The notes under the pieces were generated by a model. The model made no database searches and had not been told where the DNA came from. It was given only the letters and a program-made list of their open reading frames with translations. A program made the translations under genes and the position numbers. From positions 71,982,001 through 72,046,000 of the forward strand of contig OX597818.1 of the NCBI GenBank assembly GCA_951406725.2: 64,000 bases of DNA, read 5' to 3'. Of the stretch, positions 1 through 15,861 are shown piece after piece (position 1 is the first letter of the stretch; each line of letters opens with the position of its first letter). The stretch is from Octopus vulgaris. Taxonomy: Eukaryota.

Positions 1-110
1 TTTTGTAAAGCTAGGTACGTATTTTGTCAGTCTCTTTTATTGAATCGCTAGGTTACGGGGACGTAAATACACCAACACCGACCGTCAAGGGGAAAACTGA
101 GACACAACGA
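1..110 (-). mobile_element. SINE family A, partial 3' body
   Basis: Matches the 3' half of the complete copies at 411-826 and 49774-50187 (GGGGACGTAAAYACACC). Confidence 0.7.
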
Positions 111-206
111 CATACACGTAAATACATGCAAAATTATATATACATACGTATACATAAACATATACATACGTATACACACACACACACACATGTATATAGG
201 CGCTAG

Positions 207-358
207 GGTGGTTGTGTGGTAAGGAGCTTCCTTCCCAACCACATAGTTTAGGTTTCAGTCCCACTGCTTGGCACATTGTCTTCTACTGTAGCTTCGGGCC
301 TACTAAAGCCTTGTGAGAGGATTTGGTAGATGGGAACTGAAAGAAGCCCGTCGTCGTA
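207..358 (+). mobile_element. SINE family A, 5' half (tRNA-like head)
   Basis: GGTGGTTGTGTGGTAAG...GGTTTCAGTCCCACTGC...GAACTGAAAGAAGCCCGTCG followed by (TA)n; diverged copy of the 49774 head. Confidence 0.8.
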
Positions 359-410
359 TATATATATATATATATATGTATGTATATATTCATATATACA
401 CACATACATA

Positions 411-826
411 CTCTTTTACTCTTTACTCTTTTACTTGTTTCAGTCATTTGACTGCGGCCATGCTGGAGCACCGCCTTTAATCGAGCAAATCGCCCCCGGG
501 ACTTATTCTTTGTAAGCCCAGTACTTATTCTACAGGTCTCTTTTGCCGACCGCTAAGTGACGGGGAGGTAAACACACCAGCATCGGTTGTCAAGCAATGC
601 TAGGGGGACAAACACAGACACACAAACATATACACACACACTTATATATATATACATATATACGACAGGCTTCTTTCAGTTTCCGTCTACCAAATCCACT
701 CACAAGGCATTGGTCAGCCCGGGGCTATAGCAGAAGACATTTGCCCAAGATGTCACGCAGTGGGACTGAACCCGGAACCATGTGGTTGGTTAGCAAGCTA
801 CTTACCACACAGCCACTCCTGCGCCT
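411..826 (-). mobile_element. SINE family A, full length
   Basis: Head GGCGCAGGAGTGGCTGTGTGG (A-box-like) and GGTTCAGTCCC (B-box-like), internal (TA)/(TG) microsatellite, tail ...GAAACAAGTAAAAGAGTAAAAGAG; near-identical to 49774-50187. Confidence 0.9.
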
Positions 827-832
827 ATGTAC

Positions 833-1601
<769 letters not shown>

Positions 1602-1602
<1 letters not shown>

Positions 1603-1847
1603 GGAGGTGCAATGGCCCAGTGGTTAGGGCAGCGGACTCGCGGTTGTAGGATCGCGGTTTCGATTCCCAGACCGGGCGTTGTGAGTGTTTATTGAGCGAA
1701 AAAACCTAAAGCCCCACGAGGCTCACTCTTTCTTCTGTTGGCCTGCTAGCTTAGCCAGCGGGGTGGCGTCATTTGAAGGCTAAAACAATGCGAAACGCAT
1801 TGTGACCAGCGATGTGTAGCAACATCTGATAGCCTGGTCGGTCACGG

Positions 1848-1852
<5 letters not shown>
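1602..1852 (+). mobile_element. SINE family B, internally deleted
   Basis: tRNA-like head TGGCCCAGTGG...GGTTTCGATTCCC; same head as the minus-strand copy at 9172-9419. Confidence 0.8.
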
Positions 1853-1884
<32 letters not shown>

Positions 1885-1891
<7 letters not shown>

Positions 1892-2350
1892 CTCAACTTG
1901 TGTGTCTATGTGTGTATCTGTGTGTGTGTCTGTGCGTTTAACTTCCCGGCACATCTCCTCCTAGCCAACAAATTGTAGAACCACCAAAAATGGGACGCTT
2001 AAAGTTTAGGCGAATGAAAATTGAACTGCGCTATTTCTGTTCCGAAAAATCGATAATGTGTTTGTTTAGGCCTTATCCCATGCATTGAATAGTGAACTTT
2101 ACTCACTACTGTGTTCACCACGCATGCATGCATGCGTAAATTGCATGAAAAATAAAAAATCAAGATATAAAAACGAATCGCCGTAAACATTGTAGAAATT
2201 CGCCAAAGAAATGAATTTTCGGGATGTAGCCTGGAGGGTTTTTTCGTATTAATCGTTTGGACTTTGTGAACACCTACCAATTGTTTTCATAACATTTTTA
2301 ACGCTTTGAATTAAATGTGACCATTTTGCAAAGCCGGGCGATACTGCTAG
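1885..2350 (+). mobile_element. non-autonomous Helitron
   Basis: Ends GCAAAGCCGGGCGATACTGCTAG|T like the 1024 and 19522 copies; 5' end merges into (TA)n. Confidence 0.7.
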
Positions 2351-2453
2351 TATATATATATATATATATATACATACACTTATACATGTCTAGCCTGCCT
2401 GTATGTATGTATATATGTTTGTATGTATGTATGCATGTATGTATGTATGTATG

Positions 2454-2484
<31 letters not shown>

Positions 2485-2553
2485 ATATATATATGATTTT
2501 GATTTTGATTTTTCCAGTTTCAGCTCATGAGCTGTGGCCATGCTGGGGCACCG

Positions 2554-4677
<2,124 letters not shown>

Positions 4678-4719
4678 TCCATATATATTTCCTCTCGTGC
4701 GGTACCTTACTTTACTTTG

Positions 4720-4855
<136 letters not shown>

Positions 4856-4876
4856 TTGTGCACACATATATATGTA

Positions 4877-4922
<46 letters not shown>

Positions 4923-4923
<1 letters not shown>

Positions 4924-6218
4924 GAGGGGCGTTCAATAAGTAATGCCTCTGGCCCACTTGCAGTTTTTGGATCTAGCTGAAATTTTGCACGTGCAATTAT
5001 TGATATCTCTATAGATTAAGTGGCAAATTACAGCTCTGAACTAATTGTGGTTTCTGATTGAACTGAGGTGTTTGAACTGAGTCAAGGGTGAAATGGAGCC
5101 TGTTGAGTGTCGAACAGTGATCCGGTTTTTGTATTTTGAAAGGACGCACACCACGGGATACTTTTGCTGAAATGAAAGTAACTTATGGTGATGAAGCCCC
5201 ATCATATGACCTTGTAAAATACTGGCATCGTGAATTCAAACATGGTCGGAACTCTGTGGAAACAGCTCCCAGATCTGGTCGCCCCACTTCTGCCATTGAT
5301 GAGGTATCTGTCCGTCAAGTTGAGGCTGCCATTTTGGAAGATCGACGCATAACTATTCGCCAAATAGTCCATGAGGTCAAGATTAGTACCGGGTCTGTGG
5401 AAACTATCATTCATGACTATTTGCATATGCAAAAGGTGTCTGCCAGATGGATTCCCAGGTTGCTCACACCTTTCCAGAAGCAAGAACGCGTCGAGTGCTC
5501 GAGGATGAATTTTGAGATGTGCCAAGAAGATGAGTCAAACTTTTTCAAAAGACTGATTACACAGGATGAAACCTGGGTCCATCACTATGATTCATAGACC
5601 AAAGCCCAGTCAATGCAGTGGAAGCACCGTCACTCACCTCCTCAAAAGAAGGCAAGGGTGCAGCCCTCCACTGGCAAGATCATGCTCACAATCTTCTGGG
5701 ACCAGGACGGAGTAATGATGACAGATTTCCTGGCAAAGGGTACCACAATTACAGGAGCCTATTATGCTTCACTTTTGAGGAAATTAAGAGAAGCTATCAA
5801 AATCAAGAGGCGGGGCAAGATCAGCAAAAGCATCCTCCTCTTGCAGGACAACGCTCCGGTCCACAACTCGCGTGTCGCCAGATCAGAAGCACAGGCGTGC
5901 GGCTATGAACTCCTCCCTCATCCCCCTACTCTCCTGACCTTGCACCCTCTGATTTTCATCTCTTCCCAGCCATGAAGTTGTTTTTGAAAGGAAAGCGTTT
6001 CCCAGATGATGCAGCCTTGATTTCTGAAGTTACGTCGTGGTTGGAGGACCAAGCTGGTGTCTTCTACAAAAACGGTCTCCAGAGCTGCATCAAGTGATGG
6101 GAGAAAGACGTAACTCTGGGTGGTTCCTATGTAGAAAAGGACTAATAACTGCGCCAAGTTTCGTTGCTCTACTGCTATGGGAAGTGGGTCAGGGGTATTA
6201 CTTATTGAACGCCCCTCG
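4923..6218 (+). mobile_element. mariner (DD34D) DNA transposon, full length, 1296 bp
   Basis: TIRs CGAGGGGCGTTCAATAAGTAAT / ATTACTTATTGAACGCCCCTCG flanked by TA. Confidence 0.95.
5092..6146 (+). pseudogene. mariner transposase pseudogene
   Basis: Motifs WIPRLL, ITQDETWVHHYD, LQDNAPVH, YSPDLAPSDFHLF; frameshifts near 5135 and 5925, stops at 5595 and ~6095. Confidence 0.92.
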
Positions 6219-6455
6219 TATATATAGGCCAATATGTCCCTCTATATGTGGATGTATATATGAAACCCACACTTATATAGACATCCACATATTGATACGA
6301 TTTTGTATTTCTCTGTGTGTGCAAGATTATACGTGGGTATGCAAATGAATTTTATTTTTACATGGCTACAATATTTCTTTGTTTTTGTCAACAATAAGTT
6401 GCTAATCAACAACACTACACACACAAACACAGACACAGACACAGACAGACAGACA

Positions 6456-6510
<55 letters not shown>

Positions 6511-6894
6511 ACACACTCATACATAATTATAGAGCCACATCAAATTAATGAATCCTTATAAACTACTTGAGTCTTGCTTCTGGTTCCACATTAAATGTTT
6601 AAGCATGTTTTAATTACATACTGCTCTCTGTTCCATAATTACAGAACATTTATGTAAAAGTGATACTAATTATTTTCTTTTTTTATGTTCTTTTTTTTTC
6701 TTTCTACATTCGTGTTCATTAACAATTTACTTGAACTTGGTGGACGGAGTGTCAAACCCCACTGGAAATCTTGTAGTCAGTGTCACATGTGAGGAAGAAT
6801 ATTTTAGCTTGATTAGGCTTTGATTCTCTGATTCTTACATGCCAAATAATTTTTAGATAGAATGCATCCATCTCATCCCCTCTTCTTCCTCCTC

Positions 6895-7073
6895 CACCTC
6901 TTCTCAAGGACATCTTCCTGTCTGACCATTTCTGGGTAAGACAAGCCACCCTATTCGCCACATCGTCTCAGTTTTTATTCACCTGGAGATCAGGACAGAA
7001 CCAGATTCCGAGCAGTTTGACTGGCCCGCCAGTCCAGCGTCCGACGGCATGGCACTACCTCTCCAAGTGTCCA
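6895..7073 (-). mobile_element. Tx1-type LINE ORF2 fragment
   Basis: Translates GRWTGGPVKLLGIWFCPDLQVNKN*DDVANRVACLTQKWSDRKMSL, homologous to the ORFs at 15788-16786 and 25568-27028. Confidence 0.8.
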
Positions 7074-8329
7074 TTATCATAGGGTTTGGTTCTGGTTTCA
7101 CTCACCGCATAAAGATTATCTTTCCTCAGTCATATATTTGCATAATTTTGTCATTCTTTCGAGTTATTATCGTCTGATGGATCCAGATATTTTCATCCAG
7201 AAATGTTTTATTTTTCGTCTTTTATAACAATATCCGGCGTTTAGCATTAACTGTCTGTTTGTGTGAAACCGCATATTTGCGTTTTTGTAAACACAGGTTT
7301 TACTGATCATTTGTGCATTTTATGAAATTTATGTAATCCCATAACTATAAATATCCTTGCTCAAAATTAATCTTGAGGTACGACAAGGTCAGCTTAGCAA
7401 CTTACCACCTCAATTAATATTACCTTCCTTATTAAAATATTCTTTCTAATTGTTCCCTTAGCAAATTCCTCTAACCCACTACAACCTACCTCCCTCATAG
7501 CCCTCCCACCCTCACAAGTGATCTTCTTTCATTTCTTCTCTTCAACCAAAAGCGCTTTATACTACCCCCACTTATTTTGATACTAACTAGTCAGCCCTTC
7601 TCTCTCTCTATTCAGGTCCCTTTATTCAATTTCATACACCTTTACATCTACTGTTCTCCCCTTCCAATACTAACTCACATTCATTATCCCACTAACCACT
7701 GTTATCTTGACCACCAATTCACCCCCACAGTGTCCACTCCCTCTGTCTTCTCTCATACTTTCCTACATACCTTACTAACCTTCCTCTGCTACTGAACTAA
7801 ACACTTCGCTTCCCTCAAATAATTGTCATTCCTTTTCTCACTATCTCAGCCAATAATTCTATCGTTTTTATTCCTATGTTAAATGCATCCATACAGCCGC
7901 ATTTTGTGATGAACTAAATCTAACAGGATTATAGTGGATCACCGAGTCCCCAGAAACAGCTGTTGGACCTATTATACCTTTCTTTATTTTTTTCTGTCGT
8001 TTCTATGCTGTGTAAGATGGACCTATTAATATAAATATGTATATATAAAATCATCATCTGAAACTTTCCACCTTTTGCATGTATACATGTATACATATTT
8101 TGTATTTGATGTATTTAATATATTCAATATATTTGATGTTTCTAATTTGTTTTTCTGCATAATTGCCACTATACCCACTCAACTTAATCCCTCTTGTAGC
8201 CTTTCTTTATAATGTGCAATGATCCCCTGTAAAGACATCGGAATCTAAGTTTGAATCTTTTGAGTACTACTGTCTTCTATATGGAGAATATCTAGATCTC
8301 ATCTGGGAACTATATATATATACATAATT

Positions 8330-8530
8330 TTATTCTTTTACTTGGTACAATCATTTGACTGCGGCCATGCTGGGGCACCGCCTTTAGTCGAGAAAATTGA
8401 CTCCAGGACTGATTCTTTGTAAGCCTAGTACATATTCTTTCGGTCTCTTTTGCCGAACCACTAAGTTACGGGGACGTAAACACACCAGCATCGGTTGTCA
8501 AGCGCTGTTGGGGGGACAAACACAGACACA
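8330..8530 (-). mobile_element. SINE family A, 3' half
   Basis: Matches 420-620. Confidence 0.85.
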
Positions 8531-8584
8531 CACACACAGACACACACACACAGACACACAAACTCACACACACACACACACACA

Positions 8585-8647
<63 letters not shown>

Positions 8648-9171
8648 GTATTGTTACGCCGTGCCGTGCTCAACTCAGGACCCTAAGACCCTAGGCCTTC
8701 CGGGTCGATAACTGGCTCTAAGTCGGCAACGACGACTACGCGCTCAGTCAAACGGAAGTCCACCACAGAAAGCTGATGTGTTCAGCGAACGCGAGCCAGT
8801 AACCGAAGACAACAACAACAAAGTGAGACAGCGGGAGGCAGTTGCATACAATTTAACAATTTATATACTTCACAAAATCAATCAAAACATTTAAAATACA
8901 TTTAACTACAAGGTTAACAGACATTTAACAGACCCCGCACATAGTTAAAAAAAACAATCAATGGCATTTAGCAAAATACAACGTCCGACAACAATCAAAA
9001 CAAATACAGAATTTGGAAAACAATCGAAACAAATAGTCTGTCTCTTTCTTTTCCCAGTTTAAAATCTCTTTCTCTTTCCTTTCCTCCTCCTTCCAACTCA
9101 ATGTTCTTTTTCTTTAAGAAACACATCTTTTACAGTTCTTTTAAAATTTCTTAACGTAGTTCTCGAGGAGA

Positions 9172-9417
9172 TTTAGCATGACACAGAGTATGACAAGGCT
9201 AGCTCTTTGAAATACAGGTATAACAGAAACAGGAAGAAAGAGTGAGAGAATGTTATGCTGAAAGAGTACAGCAGGGTTCACCACCAACCCCTGCCGGGGC
9301 CTCGTGGAGCTTTAGGTGTTTTCGCTCAATAAACACTCACAATTCCCGGTCTGGGAATTGAAACCACGATCCTACGACCGCGAGTCCGGTGCCCTAACCA
9401 CTGGCCCATTGCGCCTC

Positions 9418-9419
<2 letters not shown>
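9172..9419 (-). mobile_element. SINE family B
   Basis: Reverse complement begins TGGAGGCGCAATGGGCCAGTGGTTAGGG; matches the 1602 copy. Confidence 0.8.
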
Positions 9420-9451
<32 letters not shown>

Positions 9452-9479
9452 TACATATATATATATAAATTGCTGCTTG

Positions 9480-10620
9480 GACAGCTAAGTTCCTTTTCAG
9501 AATTTACCGTTAGATCTACCTTATTTTTTAACACTTACCTTTAGTTCAAGAATTAATCAATTTGCCTGTATTCCGTTCGAACCTTCACTTTTCTATTCCT
9601 ATATGTTATACTCTATTTACTTCATTGATTCCTAACTTTCCTCTGTCTGGTGTAATTATCTTATTTCAGTTTCTTTATCTAACATGGTATTAAGATTCTT
9701 GATTAATTTCTCTGTTTTCAATGCCTTGCCCCATTTCCTCAGTCCTCATCTAATATTAATTGCTCCAGTAAGTCAGTGCACTCTGTAATGCTGCGTTTAG
9801 CTGCTTATTATCTTCAGCTCATAATCTCAGTTTGTCTATATAGCAAAGATGGTTGATTGTGCTGTCATAGCATTTGTATCCAAGTGCAGTCTGGTTTATC
9901 ATGGCGGTTAAAGATATTAAGCACCAGACAGACAACAAATGGTAGGAGAGACTCCCTAGCGTGCCACGTACTCAATGTATATTACATGGATCCCATTATC
10001 ATTGGTGTTATTATATTTATGGTTAATGGATACATGCGTGTGACAAGATTGAAACCCTTCTGATTATCATTCCACAGATTTCTCAGAACCTTCTTCCTAT
10101 TTCTGTAATCTTTAGTTATGGTATTGGTTTCAAATTTTGGCACAAGGCCAGCGATTTCGGAAGAGGGACCAAGTCTATTACATCGACCCTAGTTTTCAAC
10201 TCGTACTTATTTTTCGACCCCGAAAGGATGAAAATTAAAGTCGACCTCGGCAGAATTTGAATTCAGAACATAAGGACGGTCGAAATGCCGCTAAGCGTTT
10301 TGTCCGGTGTACTAAGCGATTCTGCCGCCTCGCTGCTTTATCTTTAGTTATGGTATTGTAGGCCAATAACTCATCTTTACAACCATAAGAACTATTGCAG
10401 CATTTCTTTCAAAGTTCTGCAAACAAGTTGTTTCTTTTCTCTCACAGTTGTCTGTCATATTAATCTAATTAAAGCTAAGCTGTACGAAGGTAAAATATGG
10501 TTCTGTGGGTTTTAGCGTATGTCGTTCATCATTTTGGAGATGAGGTTCTCTTCAGTGAAGTGCTATCTTCGGTTTCTTTATTATCGTAGAAATTCCTGTA
10601 TCTCTGATAAGACATTCTGT
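9480..10620 (-). mobile_element. old degenerate R4/Dong-like RLE LINE RT fragment
   Basis: Around 9825-9895 the minus strand reads TALGYKCYDSTINHLCYIDKLRL, aligning to RTGYGYKCYGKTISHLLYMDDLKL of the 45893-46333 ORF; boundaries approximate. Confidence 0.6.
10127..10339 (-). mobile_element. SINE family C with a 19-bp target-site duplication
   Basis: Core GCCGAGGTCGACTTT...TTCATCCTTTCGGGGTCG; direct repeat ATCTTTAGTTATGGTATTG at ~10108 and ~10340. Confidence 0.85.
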
Positions 10621-10624
10621 GTCA

Positions 10625-10660
10625 TCTTTATATATATAAAACTGAGAATGTGTGTCTGCC

Positions 10661-10711
<51 letters not shown>

Positions 10712-11396
10712 GTGTTTCCCTAAAACTTGAGAACTACACTACCAATTTCATTCAAATTTTACACATGCCTTACTTAGGGTCCATGTAGTTTCATGAACAA
10801 AAAAAAATGTTCAACTTCTTGCCTAGAGCGAGCCCATAGCAATATCATATCTTCTCCACTATTTCAGTATTACGTGTTAAAAGTGAAACAAAAATATTTC
10901 TCTATTTTATGTCAGATGCTTTCATTTTAACAATAAAAATAATAATAACAATTGAATTATATGTAGTAAGTAATAATTAAAATCAAACTAAAGTATAATA
11001 TAATCGTAACATACAAAAGTAAAAATAGCAATTGGTATAAAATTGCATCAATGATTTGAACTTGAATAAGTAGTTTCACATGAATGGGAATAAATTAAAT
11101 ATATAAAATTAGCGTGCAGAAATGGAATAGTCCAGATGGATAATAAAAAATTAAATTAAAGAAAAGACTATTGTCTATAAAGTATACAATGAAGAGAAAA
11201 AAGAAGAGCTAACAATTCCAGTCTGTTATATATTTTGAGTATTGTTATCACTAGCGATATCAAGATATAACTTTGTATTTTGCATTTTATGTGTAGATGT
11301 ATATATATAGATGTACATGTAATATGTACACATATATATACACATATATACATGCACTAGCACTATGACCCGGCAACGACGGGTCTTTAATGCTAG
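10625..11396 (+). mobile_element. non-autonomous Helitron
   Basis: A|TCTTTATATATATAAAA start, internal (GTCT)n, 3' hairpin GACCCGGCAACGACGGGTC then CTAG|T. Confidence 0.8.
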
Positions 11397-11582
11397 TTGT
11401 TATATATTTTATTTATTATTATTTCATTTACGCACAACAGATTAGACTGTTAGAAAAATTCCTGAAATCCGGCTTTCAACAAGTAACCTTAGATGCCAAG
11501 AACCTTTCTATCATCATCATCATCATCACCATCACCACCACCATCACCACCATCACCACCACCGCCACCGCCACCGCCGCCG

Positions 11583-11676
<94 letters not shown>

Positions 11677-11689
11677 CATTAGTACTTTC

Positions 11690-12534
11690 ATTATCATTTT
11701 CTTTCAATTCTGTTTCCATTTCTTGCCGAGTGTCTTCCAGACACTGAGAGCAGAGAAACGCACCGTATATATTTGTAGGCCATTAAAATAAACTCACTAG
11801 ATTGAACATTTACGAAGTCATGTGATAGAGAAAAAAGGGAAGAAAGACAGAGAGAAAAATTAATATTAAAAAATAAAAAAGCAAACAAAGAAAATGAAGG
11901 GGAAAAGGGGAAAATTAGGAAAGTAAAGGGAAAAATTCACAGCGACAGTGCTCTTCTCAGTACGTCTGACGTACCAGTTGCACTTCCTGCATGGATGGTA
12001 AGTCAGAGATCATTCTTAGCTAATTTTCAGTTCCTTTTTTTTTTTTTGATCATTCCAAGTATTCCTACAATCATTGGTATTGTAACTGTCTTAAGATGCC
12101 ATATCATTTCGATTTCGATTAGTAAATCTTTATATTTTCTGAGCTTATCAAATTCTTTTGCCGAGATATCGCGGTCATGGGGTATGTTTATGTCAATCAA
12201 TAAACAGACTTTATTGTTTTGGTCTTTCACAACAATATCTGGTTTATTTGCTTTGATGGTCCGGTCTGTACATACTGGAAAGTCCCAAAGAATCGTTGCA
12301 TTTTCTCCTTCAGTTACAGCCCCATGTCTTGATTTGTACTCTACAAGTGCTAAAGCCTTACACACAAAGATTAGGTGGTCCAATGTTTTAATCCCATCGT
12401 TGCAGTATCGGCACTTTGGGTGAACAGCATTTTTCATCACATTGGCATGATAGTTCCGGGTCAATAAGCTCTGGTCTTGAGCAGCCAAGATAAAGCCTTC
12501 ACTCTCTGCCTTTAGCCCTGAGCTCTGTAGCCAC
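11690..12534 (-). mobile_element. R4/Dong-like RLE LINE, 5'-truncated (zinc knuckle + restriction-like endonuclease + 3'UTR)
   Basis: ORF 12027-12488: AAQDQ, CRYC..H..C, KPDIV..IDI..K..KY; 3' end abuts (TAA)n. Confidence 0.88.
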
Positions 12535-12551
12535 TATTATTATTATTATTC

Positions 12552-13419
12552 AGTAGTTTTATTTTTATTTTTATAGCGTGCTTTCACTTCACTACCGAGC
12601 GCAGCTCTGTGTGCCTTGGGTATGTGCTGTGATTTGTCGTGATGCTCTGATGGTTATTGTATGGAAAGTGTTCTGCGTAGGATGTGTGCAGTGCCTAGTA
12701 GTGCAATTTTCTGTATGTTATATGTGTTTGTAAGTCCTGGTGTTTTTGTTATGTATTTGTCTGAATATTTTTTTATCATGCCTAATGCACCTACTATGAT
12801 AGGAATTGTTTCTGTTTTCAGATTCCACATTCTAGTTACCTCTATTTCCAGGTCTTTGTATTTTGAGAGTTTCTCCATTTCTTTTAGAGACACGTTGTCA
12901 TCTGCCGGTACTGATACATCAATTAGAAAGCATTTTTTTTCTTCATGGTCTCTGACAACTATATCTGGTCTGTTGGCCTTAATTTCTCTATCTGTGTGTA
13001 TCGGCATATCCCAGAGTATGGTTGCTTTCTCGTTTTCTGTGACCTTTTCTGGTGTGTGCCTATACCATCTTTTTTCTGTTGTTATTCCATAATGTTGGCA
13101 TAGCTTCCAATGTATGTAAGTTCCAACTCTGTCATGTCTGTGAATATATTCCTTCTTAGCCAAGACTGGGCAGCTAGAGATAATATGATTTATTGTTTCT
13201 TGTCCATCTCCACATATTCTGCAGTTACTTGTAATATTTCTTTTCATTACATGTTTTTGGTAATTTCTGGTGGGGAGGCTTTGGTCTTGTGCTGCAATTA
13301 AAAATCCCTCTGTTTCTGCTTTGAGTCCTGAGCTTCTCAACCATTGCTGGGATTTTTCTTTGTCTATTTCTTTTGCGTTTAGTTTAGTCCAGTATTTACC
13401 ATGAAGGGGCTTTTCTTGC

Positions 13420-13420
<1 letters not shown>
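12552..13420 (-). mobile_element. R4/Dong-like RLE LINE, 5'-truncated, young
   Basis: Open 228-aa frame 12654-13340 with CCHC knuckle, RHD and RPDIV...IDV...EK..KY nuclease motifs; (TAA)n on both sides; same family as 44180-48665. Confidence 0.93.
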
Positions 13421-13456
<36 letters not shown>

Positions 13457-13492
13457 GCTATTGTTGTTGTTGTTGTTGTTATTATTATTATT

Positions 13493-14056
13493 GAGTGAGA
13501 GAGCAGTGCATGCCATCAAAGTGATACTGGGGTAAAATATCAAAGTGATACTGGGGTAAAAGCCCAGTATACCCACCATGACTACCCGTCTGATAAGGGT
13601 ACACCAGGCACTCGTATCACAACCATATGTGCGCGACATGGTGATTTCATCAAGATAAACAACGCATGACCTTGCAGGTGGGGCCCAGTTAGAATTTTCT
13701 TCTGGTCAGGTAACCCATCCCACTCAAAAAGTGCCCGAATAAGGATTGTTTAAGGATGTTGAACGAACCACAACCACCCATGTTTCCAAAGGTGAATTAT
13801 CCAAACCTCCAAGAATTCCTTTCAACATACGGCTATGATGCTCTCCCACTACTTCTGCTCGTGATCAGAGATGCACATCTCGTCAGCCACTAAGGAACAT
13901 GATCAACTGGTTAAGGTCAAACAACTGACAAGCAAATCTATGGTATTAAGCAGATTATTTGCTGTAGCCCATCTTTTATACCAAGACAAAACAATGTACA
14001 TGATAACACTTTCAATCAGTTAAGATCAGAAGCCATGAGAGCCACTGTCTGGTACT
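13493..14056 (-). mobile_element. non-coding retroposon or LINE 3'UTR associated with (TAA)n
   Basis: Second copy at 58940-59373; both end ...CTCTCACT(C/G) followed by (AAT)n. Confidence 0.7.
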
Positions 14057-14058
14057 TA

Positions 14059-14123
<65 letters not shown>

Positions 14124-14125
<2 letters not shown>

Positions 14126-14328
14126 GGCAGTGAGCCGGCAGAATCGCTAGCACGCCAGGCAAAGTGGTTAGCGACATTTTCCTCCGCTCAAATTCTGCCG
14201 AGGTGGTCTTTGCCTTTCACCTTTAGTGATCGATGAAATACGTATCAGTTGAGCACTGGCGTCGATGTATGCGACTAACCCCCTCCTTCCATCAAAATTT
14301 CAGGCCTTTTGTCTATAATAGAAAGGCT
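14124..14328 (+). mobile_element. SINE family C, diverged
   Basis: Head AAGGCAGTGAGCCGGCAGAATCG and the shared central core. Confidence 0.75.
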
Positions 14329-14729
14329 TAAGCATTGGTAGAAAGTATCTAAAACCAGTTCATCTCTTCCATTTGCTAATTCAGAGCTTTTGGGAATAAG
14401 TTAGTCATCATTGTGTCATATTTCTCTCGATGGAATCGTGCGGGTTATTGCACGAAGATTGGCTGTTTTAACTCCATTTTCTTCATTCGTATATTTTGCC
14501 ACTCCGGTCTCAGTGTACCGTTTACATTAAAAAATACTAACGTTTCTTTTGTTAACTCAGTAAGTATTGTAATGTAACTAAACAAAGTAAGGCATTTTTG
14601 TCTAGTTCTCTAGTCTGCCAATTTTCAGAGGAAGTAGGTAATGATGAAATGAATTGGAGTCAACATTTCTTCAGTTCGTGTCCTCAGAGGAGCGGATATT
14701 TGCGCAACAGAGCCCGGACACGCACGCAT

Positions 14730-14781
<52 letters not shown>

Positions 14782-14844
14782 GTACACACGCACACACATA
14801 CGCACCCGCGCACATATATATATATATACAGACACACACATATA

Positions 14845-14893
<49 letters not shown>

Positions 14894-14914
14894 GTATGTA
14901 TATACCTGTGTCTG

Positions 14915-14947
<33 letters not shown>

Positions 14948-14958
14948 ATGCGTGTGTC

Positions 14959-14999
<41 letters not shown>

Positions 15000-15237
15000 G
15001 TATGTGTACATATATGTATATATTTCTTTTTATATATATATACATATATATATATGCGTATGTGTGTGTATACATACACACACACACACATATATATATA
15101 TAGATATATATTCATACGCAACACTGACAGCAACAAAGTTTGAACTCGGACTGGCGGAAGGAATGTAATAGTTCAATGATTCCAGAATGGAGTTTTTATG
15201 TCTAGGACGAAACAGCAACAACAACAACAACAACAAC

Positions 15238-15297
<60 letters not shown>

Positions 15298-15861
15298 CAT
15301 AGCAACAGTAAAATATTTACTTTGTTACAAAAGTAGCTGAGCTTGAGAAAAAATGTTGGTTACAGCGCCAGATAAATGTGAGGTTAAAAAATAGTTGAGA
15401 AGTGAAGTGTGAAAATTTGTAGATCGTGACCAATATCAAAGTGATGATGGAACGGAACGTTTTCTATCATAAAGAAAGGTTTCCATCAAAAACAAACATT
15501 TCGAGACAAAAAAAAAGAAGAAAAGCTATGAAAAGAGAGAGGTAAGAACAAAATCGATGGCGATTTCGACAATGAGAATATAATAAAGGTATATTGTATC
15601 ATGTAAAATAATGATCCATTGAACACAAGAAAAAGAAACAGAAAGAAAGAATTATTGGTACTACATCATTGTTTCCAGATTGCTTCTGTAATGACTTCTT
15701 TATTTACTGTGAGAACTGCAAAATCTACGTTTTAAGGGAGTATATGAGGCCTTGTAGTTCACAAGTTCACTTCACAACCCCACAATATCAGTTTGTTTCC
15801 AGAACGCGCATTTGAGCATAGTTCCAAGTGAGAGAAATTTGTAAGGTCTGTGTTTGTGTAT

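Noticed and set aside
1602-1680. tRNA genes at the SINE heads
   Set aside because: A/B-box-like motifs are present, but they continue into shared SINE bodies, and I could not see a full cloverleaf or terminator.
5136-5975. SETMAR-like host gene
   Set aside because: No SET domain; it is bounded by mariner TIRs and TA, and broken by stops and frameshifts.
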